Assembly (NCBI GenBank): GCA_020536535.1
Contig: JAHLWZ010000530.1
Coordinates: forward strand, 158,384 to 222,383
Direction of reading: 5' to 3'
Length of the DNA: 64,000 bases
From: Pelomyxa schiedti
Lineage: Eukaryota; Protista; Evosea
The first letter of the stretch is position 1, and the number at the start of each line of letters is the position of its first letter. The position numbers and the translations under genes were made by a program. The notes under the pieces are model-generated. The model was given only the letters and a program-made list of their open reading frames with translations. It had not been told where the DNA came from and did not search any database. This document shows positions 13,117-25,500 of this stretch, in pieces.

Positions 13117-15022
13117 GTGTCGTCACGAGCCACGACAAGGCACCTGATACGAGGCAGGTGGAGGCTACTCATTCTTTTTGTAGTCGTTGCGTACCTCGGC
13201 GTTACACTGTGGTTTCTCTACTCAACCCTGCATCCCATGTCGGCCACTCCCACGATTGATACTGTTATCACTACTACTACTACTACAACAACCACGACAA
13301 CCAACGGCGACGATAACGAGGGCCATGACGGTTCGGGGGCGAAGGGACACGACCATGGCCCAGGCACAAAAGTGGATGTTGGGCTGAATGAGAATGATGG
13401 GACGGCGGCAGAGGTCACTGGTGAGACTGACATAAACAAGGGGGGTACTGCTGCTGCTGTTGCTGCAACTGTGCCAAATATTATGCACCCTAGAGTGCAT
13501 GTGTTTTATTACCCTTGGTACGCTTCTATGGAGTATGATGGGAGGTGGTCACACTGGAACCACAGAATACTTCCTCACTGGAACCCAGTCACTGCTAAGG
13601 GGGTGTGCTCTTTTGTCCTCTTCTTTCGTTTGCTTTTGTTCATAAGAAGCTTGTTACCTGCAGTTATAACATTCTCCCTGAGTTTCAATTTTTAGTCACT
13701 GATTGGTTTCTTAGTTCCCGACAGGGTTCAATTACAACCCTCCTGATGACATAGGAGCAAACTTCTACCCAGCACTTGGTCCATATTCATCAAGAAATGA
13801 GGTTCACACCATCTGCTTTTTTGCTTTCCCCAATTCACACTTTACAAGTAGACAGTAATTGCACAGCATATGTCTGACCTTTCCGGCTATATTGTGGTTG
13901 TATCGTGGTGGGGAATACCATCCCGGCGTGTATGTCCTCACGGAAATTCGTAAATTTAAATTGACACCCACTGTTTTAGGCTAGTGCCGACGGGGAAGGG
14001 TATACTACAGATACAGTAATGCCCCTTCTGTTGAGTGCAGCAGAGACTGCTGGATGTAAACTGGCAATCCACCTGGAACCGTATCCTGGCAGATCTGCCT
14101 CTACTGTGAAGGAAGATCTTAAATATATTTCTAAGCAGTATGGAAAGCACCCGGCCTTCTATCGCACTCCTGATACCCACTTGCCCGTGGTTTATGTGTA
14201 TGTTACATATTTTGAGGTACATAAATGTAAGCATTTTTAAGGTACGATTCTTACCAAACTGAAGCAAGTGAATGGGCAACGCTACTCAAAGTTGATGGCA
14301 GTAGATCAATTAGGGGGACTGACCATGATGCAATCATGCTGGCTTTGCTTGTTGAGCAAAAGGACTGGTTACTGGTTTCGGCCGGCTTTGATGGTGTCTA
14401 CACTTACTTTGCTGTACGGTTTCATACCAATACTGTACGTTAAATTAATCTTACATAGGCAGATGGATTTACATATGGATCATCAAGGCATAACTGGGAA
14501 TCCATTGCAACAAAAGCTAAAACAGAAGATTGCTTCCTCTCCCTGAGTGTCGGTCCAGGATATATTGATACAAGAATAAGACCATGTACTCCTTTTTTTT
14601 TTTGGGAGAATTGCTAAACATTAATGCCAAATGTCACTAGGGAATGATGCCAACACACATTCAAGGAAAAACGGTGCGTATTATGAAGATGCATGGAGAG
14701 CAGCAACTTCCACGCAACCTGGTATGGTCTAAATACAAAAAATTATTTCAACATTCTCACTGAGGCACCAGATTTCATTTCTGTAACAAGTTACAATGAG
14801 TGGCATGAAGGTAGAACCTAAAATTCAAAAAAACCAGCTCACTTAACACGAATTCAAGGAACTCAAATAGAAGCCGCTGTTCCAAAAAAAATAGGCACCT
14901 CAGTCAACCCCACGTTCGAAAGTGGATACACATACTCGGACTATCAACCCCATGAGCCGGATTTCTACCTTACAACAACCAGAAACCACGCAATGCAATT
15001 TGACCCTCCAAACAAAACGTGA
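13117..15022 (+). CDS. Glycoprotein endo-alpha-1,2-mannosidase, GH99 (MANEA-like), type II membrane protein (multi-exon)
   Basis: Motifs VHVFYYPWY, WSHWNHRILPHW, PPDDIGANFYPALGPYSS, IHLEPYPGRS, HPAFYR, VGPGYIDTRIRPWN and TSYNEWHEGTQIEAA. An N-terminal TM helix is present. The start codon is uncertain (see findings). Confidence 0.92.
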
Positions 15023-15077
15023 AAATGAAAGTGTTGGATGCTTCCAAATAATTTAGATCACTTTACTGTTGCACAAA

Positions 15078-17088
15078 TTACCAGGTATAAACCCAGGAAT
15101 AGCTGGTAACATTGGAAGCCATAGGTGAGCCATTCAGTGTACCTCCTGATTCTATCATGCACTTAATTCCGGAGGCATCATACATTTCACCATTCCTCCA
15201 TACTGTTTTTGTGTTCATAATAAACAAAATCTAGGGGGACTGTGCACACCAAGTCTGAATCCGTCACTGAACATGATTGGGTCCGATTCATGGAATCTGT
15301 ATGCGGACCACTGTGCTAAGTCATTGTCATTTCCGTTGTGTGTGTATCCACTGACGGGCATGTCTGGTTCCGTAAATTAAGCACAAAGGGAATTGGTATC
15401 GGCGTATTGGTTGGAATTTCGTACGGAATTCTCCTGCATTGAAGTACCACCCGCTATCATAATAGTCTTCAGTTCCAGTACTAAGCACAATGCCTGACAT
15501 TGTGAATCAAAATGCAGTGGGTATGAAGTTACCTGGGAACTTGGTGTAAGTATTTGTGTACATATGGAAGCAGCCTTCTAAGAAGCTAAACAGGGATTAG
15601 AACAATGAAGTCTTTTCGACTGAAACACACTTCCAATTGCCACTTTCAACCATGAGAGTAGACATAAAGTGCATGCCATTCCCTGAGGGCACATTGACCT
15701 AAACCTTGTTGTTTGGTGGATGGGCTAAAAAAGAAAAAAAAACCATTTCCACGAAGTCCAGAGCATCATAGGTTCCTTCTACAATAAACTGACGGAGTCT
15801 AGAGGTCTGTGGGAGCTGGACACCGAGGAAGTTGAGAGGAATATCTAGCTAGGGTTAAAAGAAAGGATCCTCTCACGAAGTTGGCACACACTTGCACCAC
15901 CACGAACAATCATGTAGAGACTCCAGCAAGTATTTGGGTGTTGTATTGTTACTCGGATGCTAGATGAAAAAGGAACCCGGAAATTCCAGAACCAGGCAGC
16001 ATCGAGAGCTCCTTTGCCAAACCTGAATGAGTGTAAACTCTCATTTTTTGGAAGGAAAGAGGAAAGTAACCAAATAGTTCCCCAAGGTGCTTGCTGAAAT
16101 TACATATTAGTAATTCAAATATCTAAATGTTTTGCGGCATACGGAGTCATCAAATCCAACACCACAAGCCATTGCCGGTGAAAAAGCAATACTGGCTTCT
16201 TCCTCTTCATCTACATAATAGCGCACCTGTGCTTTGCGTTAGTTAAAGAGTACCCCCTCTATTGAAATACAATGAGATCTTTTTCGTTCCCGTCTGGCTA
16301 AAAGTGTGTTAGCATTAATTGTTTGGTGGGGTGTTACAATTGTCATCCAAAAGTGTGTCATTGCCCCGTATTGCCCTGCATCGTGTGAGGGGATTGTCAA
16401 TGTGAAAACGAAGAACCAGAAGCAAGCCAATGCTGATAGAGAGTGGTTTCAGTTGGTGTTACAACACCCTGAGAATAGCCAAAACCAAATGTCAAATCGT
16501 TCACTGAAGGGTCATCACATCTAATGAAATAAGAGGAAGAATTTGATAAGAGTGAATGATTACTTGCAAAGCCTTTGCACAGTTGGATAGGATGCACCGC
16601 AGTACACTCCTCCAGGTACATCAACATACCCGAGGCACTGATAGTAGTTGCTAATCAAAGGGGTGAGAGGAAAAAAACCTTTTTGTAATCAAGTGACTTG
16701 GGGTCCGAAACATAGTTTGGTTGGTCAGAGCTTGTATACTTTTCACCTGTGGCAGCTGTCCTACAATTTATCCCCAACTTCAAGTAAAAAAGAAAAAGTA
16801 AATGTGGGATGCCAGGAGACTGGAAAAAATAAACAGAGGGAGCAAAGCCAACCTGCGTGAAAAGGTCGACTGTGTTGTTGGTTTCAATTTGTGGATTGCA
16901 ATTCTTCTTGATAGAGTGGCAAAAGTCGGTGCACGATTGTCCCTGGTTGCTCTGCCCAAGAACTCCCCATTAGATAGGACTTTAATTTTTCATTTCAACA
17001 GCGCTACCATGTAGTAGGTAGATTCAGCAATGGAGTACATCCCAAAACACATAACCACCCAACCAACAACCCCTAGGTGCCCAGCCAT
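15078..17088 (-). CDS. Secreted DUF2961 (GH172-like) protein with an N-terminal Cys-rich domain (multi-exon)
   Basis: Hand-spliced minus-strand exons give [39 protein letters not shown] and the C-terminus SYSWVYTW*. Hydrophobic N-terminus [21 protein letters not shown]. Confidence 0.8.
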
Positions 17089-17269
17089 GATTTTTTTTTA
17101 AAGTTTCGTTGTGTAAACGGCCGGTGGTGCCTCTTACCAGAAAGCTGGATGGACTTCGAAGACCAGAAACTGATGAATGGGTGGTTTTGGATTTGGCATC
17201 AGGAGGGAGGAATCCGACCGCTGGGGAATGTCGTTAAAACGGAAAGCAATTTTTGGCCTTGGGCTTGAA

Positions 17270-17472
17270 TAAAAGTGGGAAAAAGTGCTTGGCCTTGGGC
17301 TTGAGACTTGAGAGGAGGAGTGTAAGGCGGAAGTAACAAAATCGTGGCACCTAATTACAAAGGGGAAAATTAGGCACAAGATTAGAACTGGAAATTACCT
17401 TGGACTTCTTGCTTGACCTCTTGAAATCGAGACAAAGTTGTAAAAGTGGGAAAAAGTGCTTGGCCTTGGGCT
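17270..17472. repeat. 32-bp perfect direct repeat (17270-17301 and 17441-17472)
   Basis: TAAAAGTGGGAAAAAGTGCTTGGCCTTGGGCT occurs twice, with a partial third copy near 17252. Confidence 0.75.
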
Positions 17473-17823
17473 CGAAAGTTGTAATTACACAAATGCTAGA
17501 TCAAGCAGGGTATGCAGTTTCCAGCGGTGGTAGAAAGGATACTAGGTAGCTCCATTCAGTTGGCAGCAAACAGCTACGAGATTAGTTATTAGTGCATTGC
17601 CATGAGCGATTAATTGCAAAACGAAATACCATGAAAAAAAACCCACAACAAAAAACAAGTGGTAAGTACGGCTGTAATACCTGTGTTTTGTTGCTGGTAC
17701 CGGTGGCTGGTTTTTGATTTTCTGACTCGATTTGTTTGTTTTACAAAATAATGCGGATCTGGATCCCAGAGAATTAAAAGGCGCGAAACAGTAATTAAAA
17801 AGCAACTGTGCAGTTGAGCTATT

Positions 17824-19971
17824 TTAATTTTTGGTAATTCTACGATGGTGCGTACTCAATGCCGTGCCGACGTACAACGAAATAAACCTGATGTTGCGCA
17901 CATTGTTGGTGCCGGCGAATTCGAAGTAGTTGGATCTTGTGCCAATATTCACAGTCGCAGTGTTGAGGAGGTTCAGAAGTTTGGTCGAAGGCTGGAGAAC
18001 TGGGGAGCCTTTTTGGTTTTTTTTGGGAGGATCACGCTCGACCTGTTCCTCAGTACTTATTTTTTGCACCTCGTCTCTACTGCCCCAATAATCATCACTC
18101 GTTTGGTATGTGCTCATGGCGCAGTGCGAATTTTGGGACTGCCCAAACTTTTTCGGTGTGCACACGATCAAAAAACGAGCGTTTTTCTGGGAAAACAGTG
18201 TGCACACAGTTTGCAGCACGCCAACGGCCAACAGACACACCAATGTGCTTCCCACCCCAAAAAAATCAGGCACAGCCTGGACCATTTTTTTGTTTTTGTC
18301 GATTTGGGTCCGATCGGACTTTCTACACTCTTTCACGCGCGAGATGGTTCGGTCCTGAATGCTTTGTGATGTTGTTCAGGACCGTGTGTGTTTGAGTGCA
18401 TTTTCTTATACTAGGGCTTGTTTCTGCTAAAAGTGAAAGACATCCGATTCTCAAACACCGGATTTGGGGTGGGATCCCTTTTCTCGGCGGGCTCTGTATC
18501 TGGTTTGGTAGGTTGTTTGGGAGGGCAGTTGGGTTGTTTGAGAGTGTTGTTGTTTCTTCCTTTTTTTCTGCGTGGGTGTTTCTGGCTGCTGATTGTCAGG
18601 CTGCAAATGTGAAGATGGTGGGGAATATCCCTGAGGGTGGTGAAGGGATTGAACTCCTACTTGTGGAGTGGGAAGCTGTTCCATGAGAGACAGAGGTGGT
18701 GGTGTTTGGGGAATGGATTGTGGTGGAGTTGGAGGAGGAGGAACAGGCAGTGGTGGAGGAATAGGCTGTTGTTGTGTTTGAGCTGGGGTTGTTGAAAGGG
18801 TTTCACTATGGAAATCTAGTGTTTCTTGTGGCACAGGAACATCTGTACTTGAAGGTGGAGGACGCTGTGCAGATGAATAAATAGGACATTGTAGAGAGAG
18901 ACACTGTGAGGGAACAATGAAAAAAAACATTGTTATTGCTGAAAGTGGTAACACTGTGTGATTCTGGTGGATATCAGTCTGCCATGGATCAGGAGGCTGT
19001 TGAGACATTGGTTGCAGTCCAAACTCTTGATTAACAGTGTCTGTTAACACCAGAGCATGAGGTAGATTGACAGAGATCTCCTGTCGTGTCCTTGAATTTG
19101 GGTGTGCATGCCATTGCTCAGAGAGGGTCAATTTTTCTTTACTAGCTTTCTTTTTAGCAAGTTGGAACTGTTCCAGAGAATACTGAGTTGAACTCTGGTG
19201 TATAAGATCACACAAGGTAACAAGTTCCTCAAAGCAGTCTGGCTTCGCGGTGTTTGTCTTTTCAGGGTTTTGTTAGCTTCTGTGGGCTCGAGAATAAGTC
19301 CCACAGAGGAAGAAAACGAGTGAGAGTGAAGAGAATAAAGGGTTCTCTTGTTTGTTCTCGTCGTTGTTGTAAGGGGATAAAAAGGGAGTGTGTAAAATCT
19401 CGCAGAGCGGTTGTGCGATTGGGTTAAAAGACCACGATGTTCAAATGGATTCTCGGACAAGTGTGCATGTAATCAAAACCGCCTGCCACGTTGTTGTTGC
19501 TGTATTTGTGCGCCCAGCTGCGCTGTGCGCTGATCATTACCTTCGCTGTCTCATTCTGGTAATAGTCCAGATTCGGCTCAGTCCTCAGTCTCTCCAATCA
19601 TCCCGCTAAAGTGCGCCAGACTTCAGAGCCTCGCGAGCAAGGCCGAGTTCGTGTACTTTGTGGAAGTACACAGAATCAAAGTGTGCCCACTTCAATCCAC
19701 GTGTGCCTTTTTCATGATGAAGAGGTTTTGAAGAGGTATACATACACCTGTATGGAACATGTTGTTTTTTTCTCTTTCCAGTTGCAAAGAAGGAACAAAA
19801 TGTATGCTGTTTGGTGTTGCTTGTGACTTGTTGGTAGCAGAGGGTGGAGGATTTGTTCAAAAGAGTATGATGTACAATGGGGGGCACATACATCACCCTG
19901 TTAGTCAAAAGTACCCCAGGAAAAGATATAAGATGAAAATTACACACTGCCTGGGTTTGCAGGCAATCCAT
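17824..19971 (-). pseudogene. Degenerate coding-like region of unknown origin
   Basis: A chain of minus-strand ORF pieces (19606-19971, 19128-19460, Pro-rich 18451-19215, 17824-18336) interrupted by stops. No domain confidently recognised. Confidence 0.25.
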
Positions 19972-20164
19972 CCCGTTGCCAAAGCAGTCTCAGACAACAA
20001 ACCCTCCTTGGGTCGTGGACCTCACACCTTCCTCCAATCCTGTTGAGAGAAAAAAATGGGAATTTTTCAAAGTGTGTGACACATACATCATGGGTTTTCA
20101 ATGAAGGGCTACAACTTGGCTGTGTTGTGTTTGAAAAAAAATTTCAAAGTGACTTATTATTTTA

Positions 20165-22318
20165 TTAACTGTCAGTTGTGTTTTGATGAGGGAACTCAGA
20201 GTCCTTGCCATGCTTTCCACAGGTGTTGTCATGTGACCACTCACCTTGGTACGTGTTCCCATTGGCATACTTGCACACACCATAGCCCTCCCTCACATTG
20301 TTGAGCCAGTGGCCAGAGTACTCGCTCCCATCAGGCCACTTGTACACCCCTGTGCCCTCCCTCTTGTCCTTCCTCCAGTCACCATGATACACATGCCCGT
20401 TGGTGTATTTGCACACACCCTTTCCCTCCCTCTGGTCAGCGACCATGTCACCATTGTACACTCCGCGGCCGAGATAGGTGTACTCCCCTTTGCCATCCAT
20501 CTTGTCATTCTTCCAGTCACCTGTGTACTTGTTCCCATTCGCGTAGTTGCACGTTCCACGGCCCTCTCTGCGGTTATCCACCCAGTCTCCTTCGTACACT
20601 GCTCCATCACCCCACTTGAATGTGCCCTTGCCATACCACGCATCGTTCTTCCACTCGCCATCATACACTGACCCGCTGATGTACTTGCACACGCCCTTGC
20701 CCTCCCTCTTGTTGTTCTTCATCTCACCCTCGTACACATCACCGTGGCTGTACCTGTATGTGCCGTTCCCTTCCATGGTGTCATTGGTCCAGGTACCTTC
20801 ATAAACATTGCCATTGAAGAAGTTGCACACGCCAAATCCCTCCCTCATGCTGTTTATCCACTCGCCTTCATACACATTGCCATCTGGCCACTTGTACACC
20901 CCATTCCCGTGCCACAGGTCATCCTTCCAGTCACCGTCATACAAGTGGCCATTGGCGTACCTCCCAACGCCCTTCCCGTTCCTCTTGTCGTCCTTCCACA
21001 TGCCCTCATAGGTGTCACCATTCAAGTACTTGCAGACGCCATTCCCCTCCCTGTGGTCATCCTTCAGCTCCCCCTCATACACGGCGCCATTAGAATACCT
21101 GTAGATTCCCTTCCCCTCCATCTTGTCATTCCTCCACTCGCCATCATACTCGTTCCCATTCGCAAACAGGCACACGCCTCGGCCGTGCCTCCCATTCGCA
21201 ACCCACTCTCCATCGTACACATTCCCATCAGGCCAAGCAAACACGCCATTTCCCACCCTGAGGTCTCCCTTCCAGTCGCCATCATAGGAGCACCCGGTGG
21301 AGTAGGTGCACCTGCCCTTCCCGTCCCTCAGCGCCCCCTTCCACTCCCCGTCGTACACGTCTCCTCCCTTGTAAGTGTACACTCCCCTCCCGTTCATTGT
21401 GTCATTCTCCCAGTTCCCATCATACACGGTCCCATCAGAGTACTTGCACACCCCGTGGCCCACCCTCACTCCATCGACCCAGTGGCCCTCGTACACGTGG
21501 CCTGGTGGTGATGATGACACTCCACCTTTGCCTCCTTTGCGGCCTGCACCCCACTTTAGTACGCCTATGCCGTTCCACTTGTCGTTGCTCCACTCGCCAT
21601 CATACACGTCTCCCCCGGCGTACCTGCACACGCCCTTGCCCTCCCTCTTGTCGTCCCTGAACTCGCCCTCATACACACTCACACACTCTCTCTCTTCCTC
21701 CTCCTCTTCCTCATTCCCATTCTCATGACCATCACCACCATGATCCTTGTCTTTCTTCTCCTCACTCCCCTTTCCCACTTCCTCTTCATCTGACCCTGAT
21801 GATGATGATGAAGATGAGCAGGACGATGACGATGATTTGGGGGTCGAGAATGATGACGACGACGAGGAGGAGGAGGTGATGCCGCCTTCGTGGAAGTAGT
21901 AGTACACGCCCGTGCCGTGCATCTTGTCGGCGACCCAGGCGCCGTCGTACTCGTTGCCGTTGGCGTAGAGGCACCTGCCGCGGCCGTGGCGCAGGCCGTG
22001 GGCCCAGTCGCCGTCGTACACCGCGCCGTCGTCCCACGTGAAGGCGCCCTTGCCGTGGTACTCCCCGGTGGCCGGGTCCCTGTCCCCAGAGTACGCCGCG
22101 GCGCTGGTCCGCGTCCGCTTCCTCGTCTTCGTCTTGGTAGTCGCCGGCGCCGGCGCCGTGGCGCCACCACTCCCCTGCGTGGTTGCCATTTCTGGTGTTG
22201 TTGGTGTTGTTGGTGTTGCTGACGGAGGCGAGGCCGCATCGGGTTGTGGTTGATCATCAACCGCGCTCTTGTCGTTGGTGAGGCCTTCTTTGACGTTGTT
22301 GGTGTCGTTGCTGCTCAT
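20165..22318 (-). CDS. MORN-repeat protein
   Basis: About 20 repeats of YxGxWxxDxxxGxGxxxYxxG. The likely start is MSSNDTNN (22318). The 3' end may be spliced. Confidence 0.9.
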   Translation of the reverse strand: MSSNDTNNVKEGLTNDKSAVDDQPQPDAASPPSATPTTPTTPEMATTQGSGGATAPAPATTKTKTRKRTRTSAAAYSGDRDPATGEYHGKGAFTWDDGAVYDGDWAHGLRHGRGRCLYANGNEYDGAWVADKMHGTGVYYYFHEGGITSSSSSSSSFSTPKSSSSSCSSSSSSSGSDEEEVGKGSEEKKDKDHGGDGHENGNEEEEEEERECVSVYEGEFRDDKREGKGVCRYAGGDVYDGEWSNDKWNGIGVLKWGAGRKGGKGGVSSSPPGHVYEGHWVDGVRVGHGVCKYSDGTVYDGNWENDTMNGRGVYTYKGGDVYDGEWKGALRDGKGRCTYSTGCSYDGDWKGDLRVGNGVFAWPDGNVYDGEWVANGRHGRGVCLFANGNEYDGEWRNDKMEGKGIYRYSNGAVYEGELKDDHREGNGVCKYLNGDTYEGMWKDDKRNGKGVGRYANGHLYDGDWKDDLWHGNGVYKWPDGNVYEGEWINSMREGFGVCNFFNGNVYEGTWTNDTMEGNGTYRYSHGDVYEGEMKNNKREGKGVCKYISGSVYDGEWKNDAWYGKGTFKWGDGAVYEGDWVDNRREGRGTCNYANGNKYTGDWKNDKMDGKGEYTYLGRGVYNGDMVADQREGKGVCKYTNGHVYHGDWRKDKREGTGVYKWPDGSEYSGHWLNNVREGYGVCKYANGNTYQGEWSHDNTCGKHGKDSEFPHQNTTDS

Positions 22319-22559
22319 TTTTTTGTTTGAAACTTTCTTTGATTGATCCCAACTTAGAAGGAAAAATCTGTGCGGGGAAACCAAGAGTTGGGAGCTTCCA
22401 AAGAGGGATGCACGTGGCGCCTGGGAATTCATTCTCATTGACCAAAGTTCTTCATCAGAGCTTCGGACCAACCGTCCCAGACTCTGATGGTGCAAAAAAA
22501 CAAACAAAAGCAAGACGTCGTTCTTTTCGGCGCTTGGTTGGGGGACAGCGGGGCGGGTT

Positions 22560-25500
22560 GGGCCGTGGGCGTGGTTCTGGGCCGCGTTTGGCGGCGAGTC
22601 CGACAAACTGGCCGTCCTGCTGGAACGGGACTCAGGCCTCATCGATTCGGTGAACGACGGGAATCAAAAAGTGGTGCGTGCGTGTGCCATGTGGGTCTGT
22701 GCACCGTTGTGTTTTGCTTAAGCTTATTTATGAATATGAACTGAACACTCACTAAAATTGGTAAATGGCAGTAGAACTTTACTTACTTGCGTTTTTTTAC
22801 AAACTAAACGACCAGACTGCATTGCATGCGGCTGTGTGCGGTGCGTCGAGTTTCTGTTGTCGGCGCACATCAAAGTCGGTGCCCAGGTTTGTTGTGTTCT
22901 CTCCGGCTCATCACTAAACAATGGTATCATCACACAGATTGTGTGTACAAATCCCCGATATGTGTTCTCGTTTACTCTCCACTTTGACATTCACATTCAT
23001 CTTCTTAAATGAAAAACTAAAACCCAAATCCCTCCCTGTGCCATCCCCAGGGTAAAAATGTAAGTATACTACTATCTTCCGCTCAGATCTATTTTTTCAT
23101 GATTTTCCCTCTCTTGCTTGGGCCTTGGTGCGCTTTCAGGGAGAGGTAACTGCCCCAGACAACCATATTTTTGCATGATTCACCAATTTCTCACTCTCTT
23201 TCAGGTTAATGGAGTATGTTTGTTCTCCACCATCTGAATTATTCATAAATTTCTCACTCACTTCAATTTCCCTTATACTCTGGCCTTGGTGGGCTTTTAG
23301 ATTGTGTGTACCTGCCCGCACCCTATTTCGCATGCAAATTCGTCAATTTCACCAATTTCCCTCTTTTGCCTTGGTGCGCTTTTAGTATGTGCGTGTTCCT
23401 GCCCCATCTTGTATTGCACGATTCATCAATTTCTCACTTTTGCTTTCAGGGAGTATGTTAACTGCCCCCAACCCTATTTTGCCTGATTGGCCAATTTCTC
23501 ACTTGCTTTAATTTCCCTCTTTCATGTTCAGGGAGTATGTCACTGCACCCCAACCCTATTTTGCATTGTTTGATCACTTTTCTTTCTCTCTTTTGCTTTT
23601 CCTTGGCCCGCTTTTAGCTTGTGTGTGATAGGCCAAACCTATGTTGCCTAATTCGAAAATTTTTCAGGGAGTATGTTTCTGCTGCCCCTATTTCACTTTA
23701 TTAGAAGTAGTTTTTCGCTAACTGCGATTTCTCTCTTGTACTTTCCCTTGGTGCGCTTTTAGTATGTGTGTAACTGATCACAATCCTATTTCGCCAATTT
23801 CTCACTCACTTCAATTTCTCTCTTTCGCGTTCAGGGAGTATGTATACACTTCCCCTCAGCCCTATTTTGCCTGATTCATCATTTTGGATATATTATAATC
23901 TGTATGATCTGCATGATCCCACGGATTGTATGCACTTTCGAGCATGTTCATTTTACTTACTTTTGAACTTGCGCAGGAAGTATGAGTTTCTTTTATTGAT
24001 GCCTTGACTTATTTGTTTTCTTGGGTGCTCTCTTTTTTTATCCAAAGGGTGACGTACGTATCCAATTACTTTTTTGTATGCGTTGGCAACTAACAGTAAT
24101 TTTCATCTCTGTCAGACCGCACTTCACCTTGCCTGCAGAAACGGAAAGGTACAAATTGTGAGACAAATTCTCTCATCTGCGGGTGTTGACACTCACATCA
24201 AGGTTTCTTTCCCCCCTTTGACTGTGTGTGGGTTCTGTGCTTTAATTTTCCTGTGTACTTCTGCCAGAACAAGGATGGAGAAACAGCACTCGAGTGCTCG
24301 ACAAGTGATGAAGTCCGGCAACTATTCCAAGCCATGTGTCCAGCCACACCAACAACAATAGCGCGGACAGTCTCCACTCCCAAGACACCACAACAGCAAC
24401 AGCCCCCACAACCACAACCACCCTCCGCTGCAAACAAGCCACCATCATCTTCATCATACAACTCCCCACAACCAACAATGACGGCGACAAAACCAACAAC
24501 AACACCAAACACAATCAGGACTAGCCAGGTGATCTCCAAAGCTCTTGAGGGAGGTTATGATGCCGGCAGCAGCAGCAACAACGTTGTTGAGAAACGAGAA
24601 AGAGACTTCTGGGAAATGACGGCAAAGCAGAAGAGTGAGAGAAACTCCCCCCTCTTTAAGTCAAACTGCACTCCTCACACTTTGTGTTAAGATGACGAGA
24701 TCACGGAACTGAAGGCGCGAATCACACAATTGGAGGATCTTCTCCATGATGAAAGGAAATGCAGACAAGTCGAGGAACAAACATACAATGAAATGAAACA
24801 ATTCTATGAAGATGAAAGTGCAAAGACCCTGAAAACCTTTTGCGATGAAAGAGCATATGACCAACAAAGATTTGTTGATCTCCAACACTGTTTGTGCCTC
24901 CACTCAACACCCCTTTTCTCAATAGACTACATTTTTTTTTACCATTCTGAGTGCCGAACAGACATTGAAAGCATGAATCACGTGACGTCACATTTTAAAC
25001 ACGGAGAAGGCGGCACCTGGTGCAACATTCTTCCTGAAAACAACAACAGCTGCAAACGGTCACAAATCAGCATTGCTTTTGAGAACCTTTCCCCTTTTAA
25101 TGAAATTGTGTGCAGTTTCTGCCCTCTTCAAATGGTGCTTTCCTCGTTCTCTCACTTTCTGAAAGTCAACAAACGCACACAGGTTGTGAACTTCATAATT
25201 TCAAGGAAGTTTGGAGTCGAACCGACTCAGCAAGTCATTTTCACTGTGGGTACAGATAACTCGGAGGAACTGTTGACAGATTCATCCAGAACCTTGGATG
25301 ACAGACAACAACAGCAACAAGGCAGCGCAGTTGTTGTGTCAATCAAGGTGCGAATCAAACCAATCACATTAATACAAGAGAAAGACCTGAAAGTTGTTTC
25401 AACACTTGGAGTTGGATCTTATGGAACCGTTTTCAAGTACACCTTCCTCCACAACACCGCCGCCACTTCCTCCTCCTCATCGGAACCAACAACAACAACA

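Noticed and set aside
17900-18300. SWIM finger or Ulp1 protease of a Mutator element (CDCEYW, AHWCV)
   Set aside because: The motifs are incomplete and lie in different broken frames.
20246-22260. Long antisense and alternative-frame ORFs over the MORN gene (similarly at 7129-8310 and 57134-58011)
   Set aside because: These are shadow ORFs of GC-rich or repetitive coding sequence.
22319-22642. Upstream extension of the MORN ORF to 22642
   Set aside because: It overlaps K1 exon 1 on the other strand and crosses intergenic-like A/T runs, so the ATG at 22318 is more plausible.
23701-23710. ttag|aa|gtag as an additional micro-exon
   Set aside because: It is 2 nt long, has a weak donor and is not at the unit position.
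22887-24115. Recursive-splicing ratchet points (zero-length AG|GT exons)
   Set aside because: The AG and GT are consistently separated by 3, 6 or 9 nt of sense codons rather than 0.
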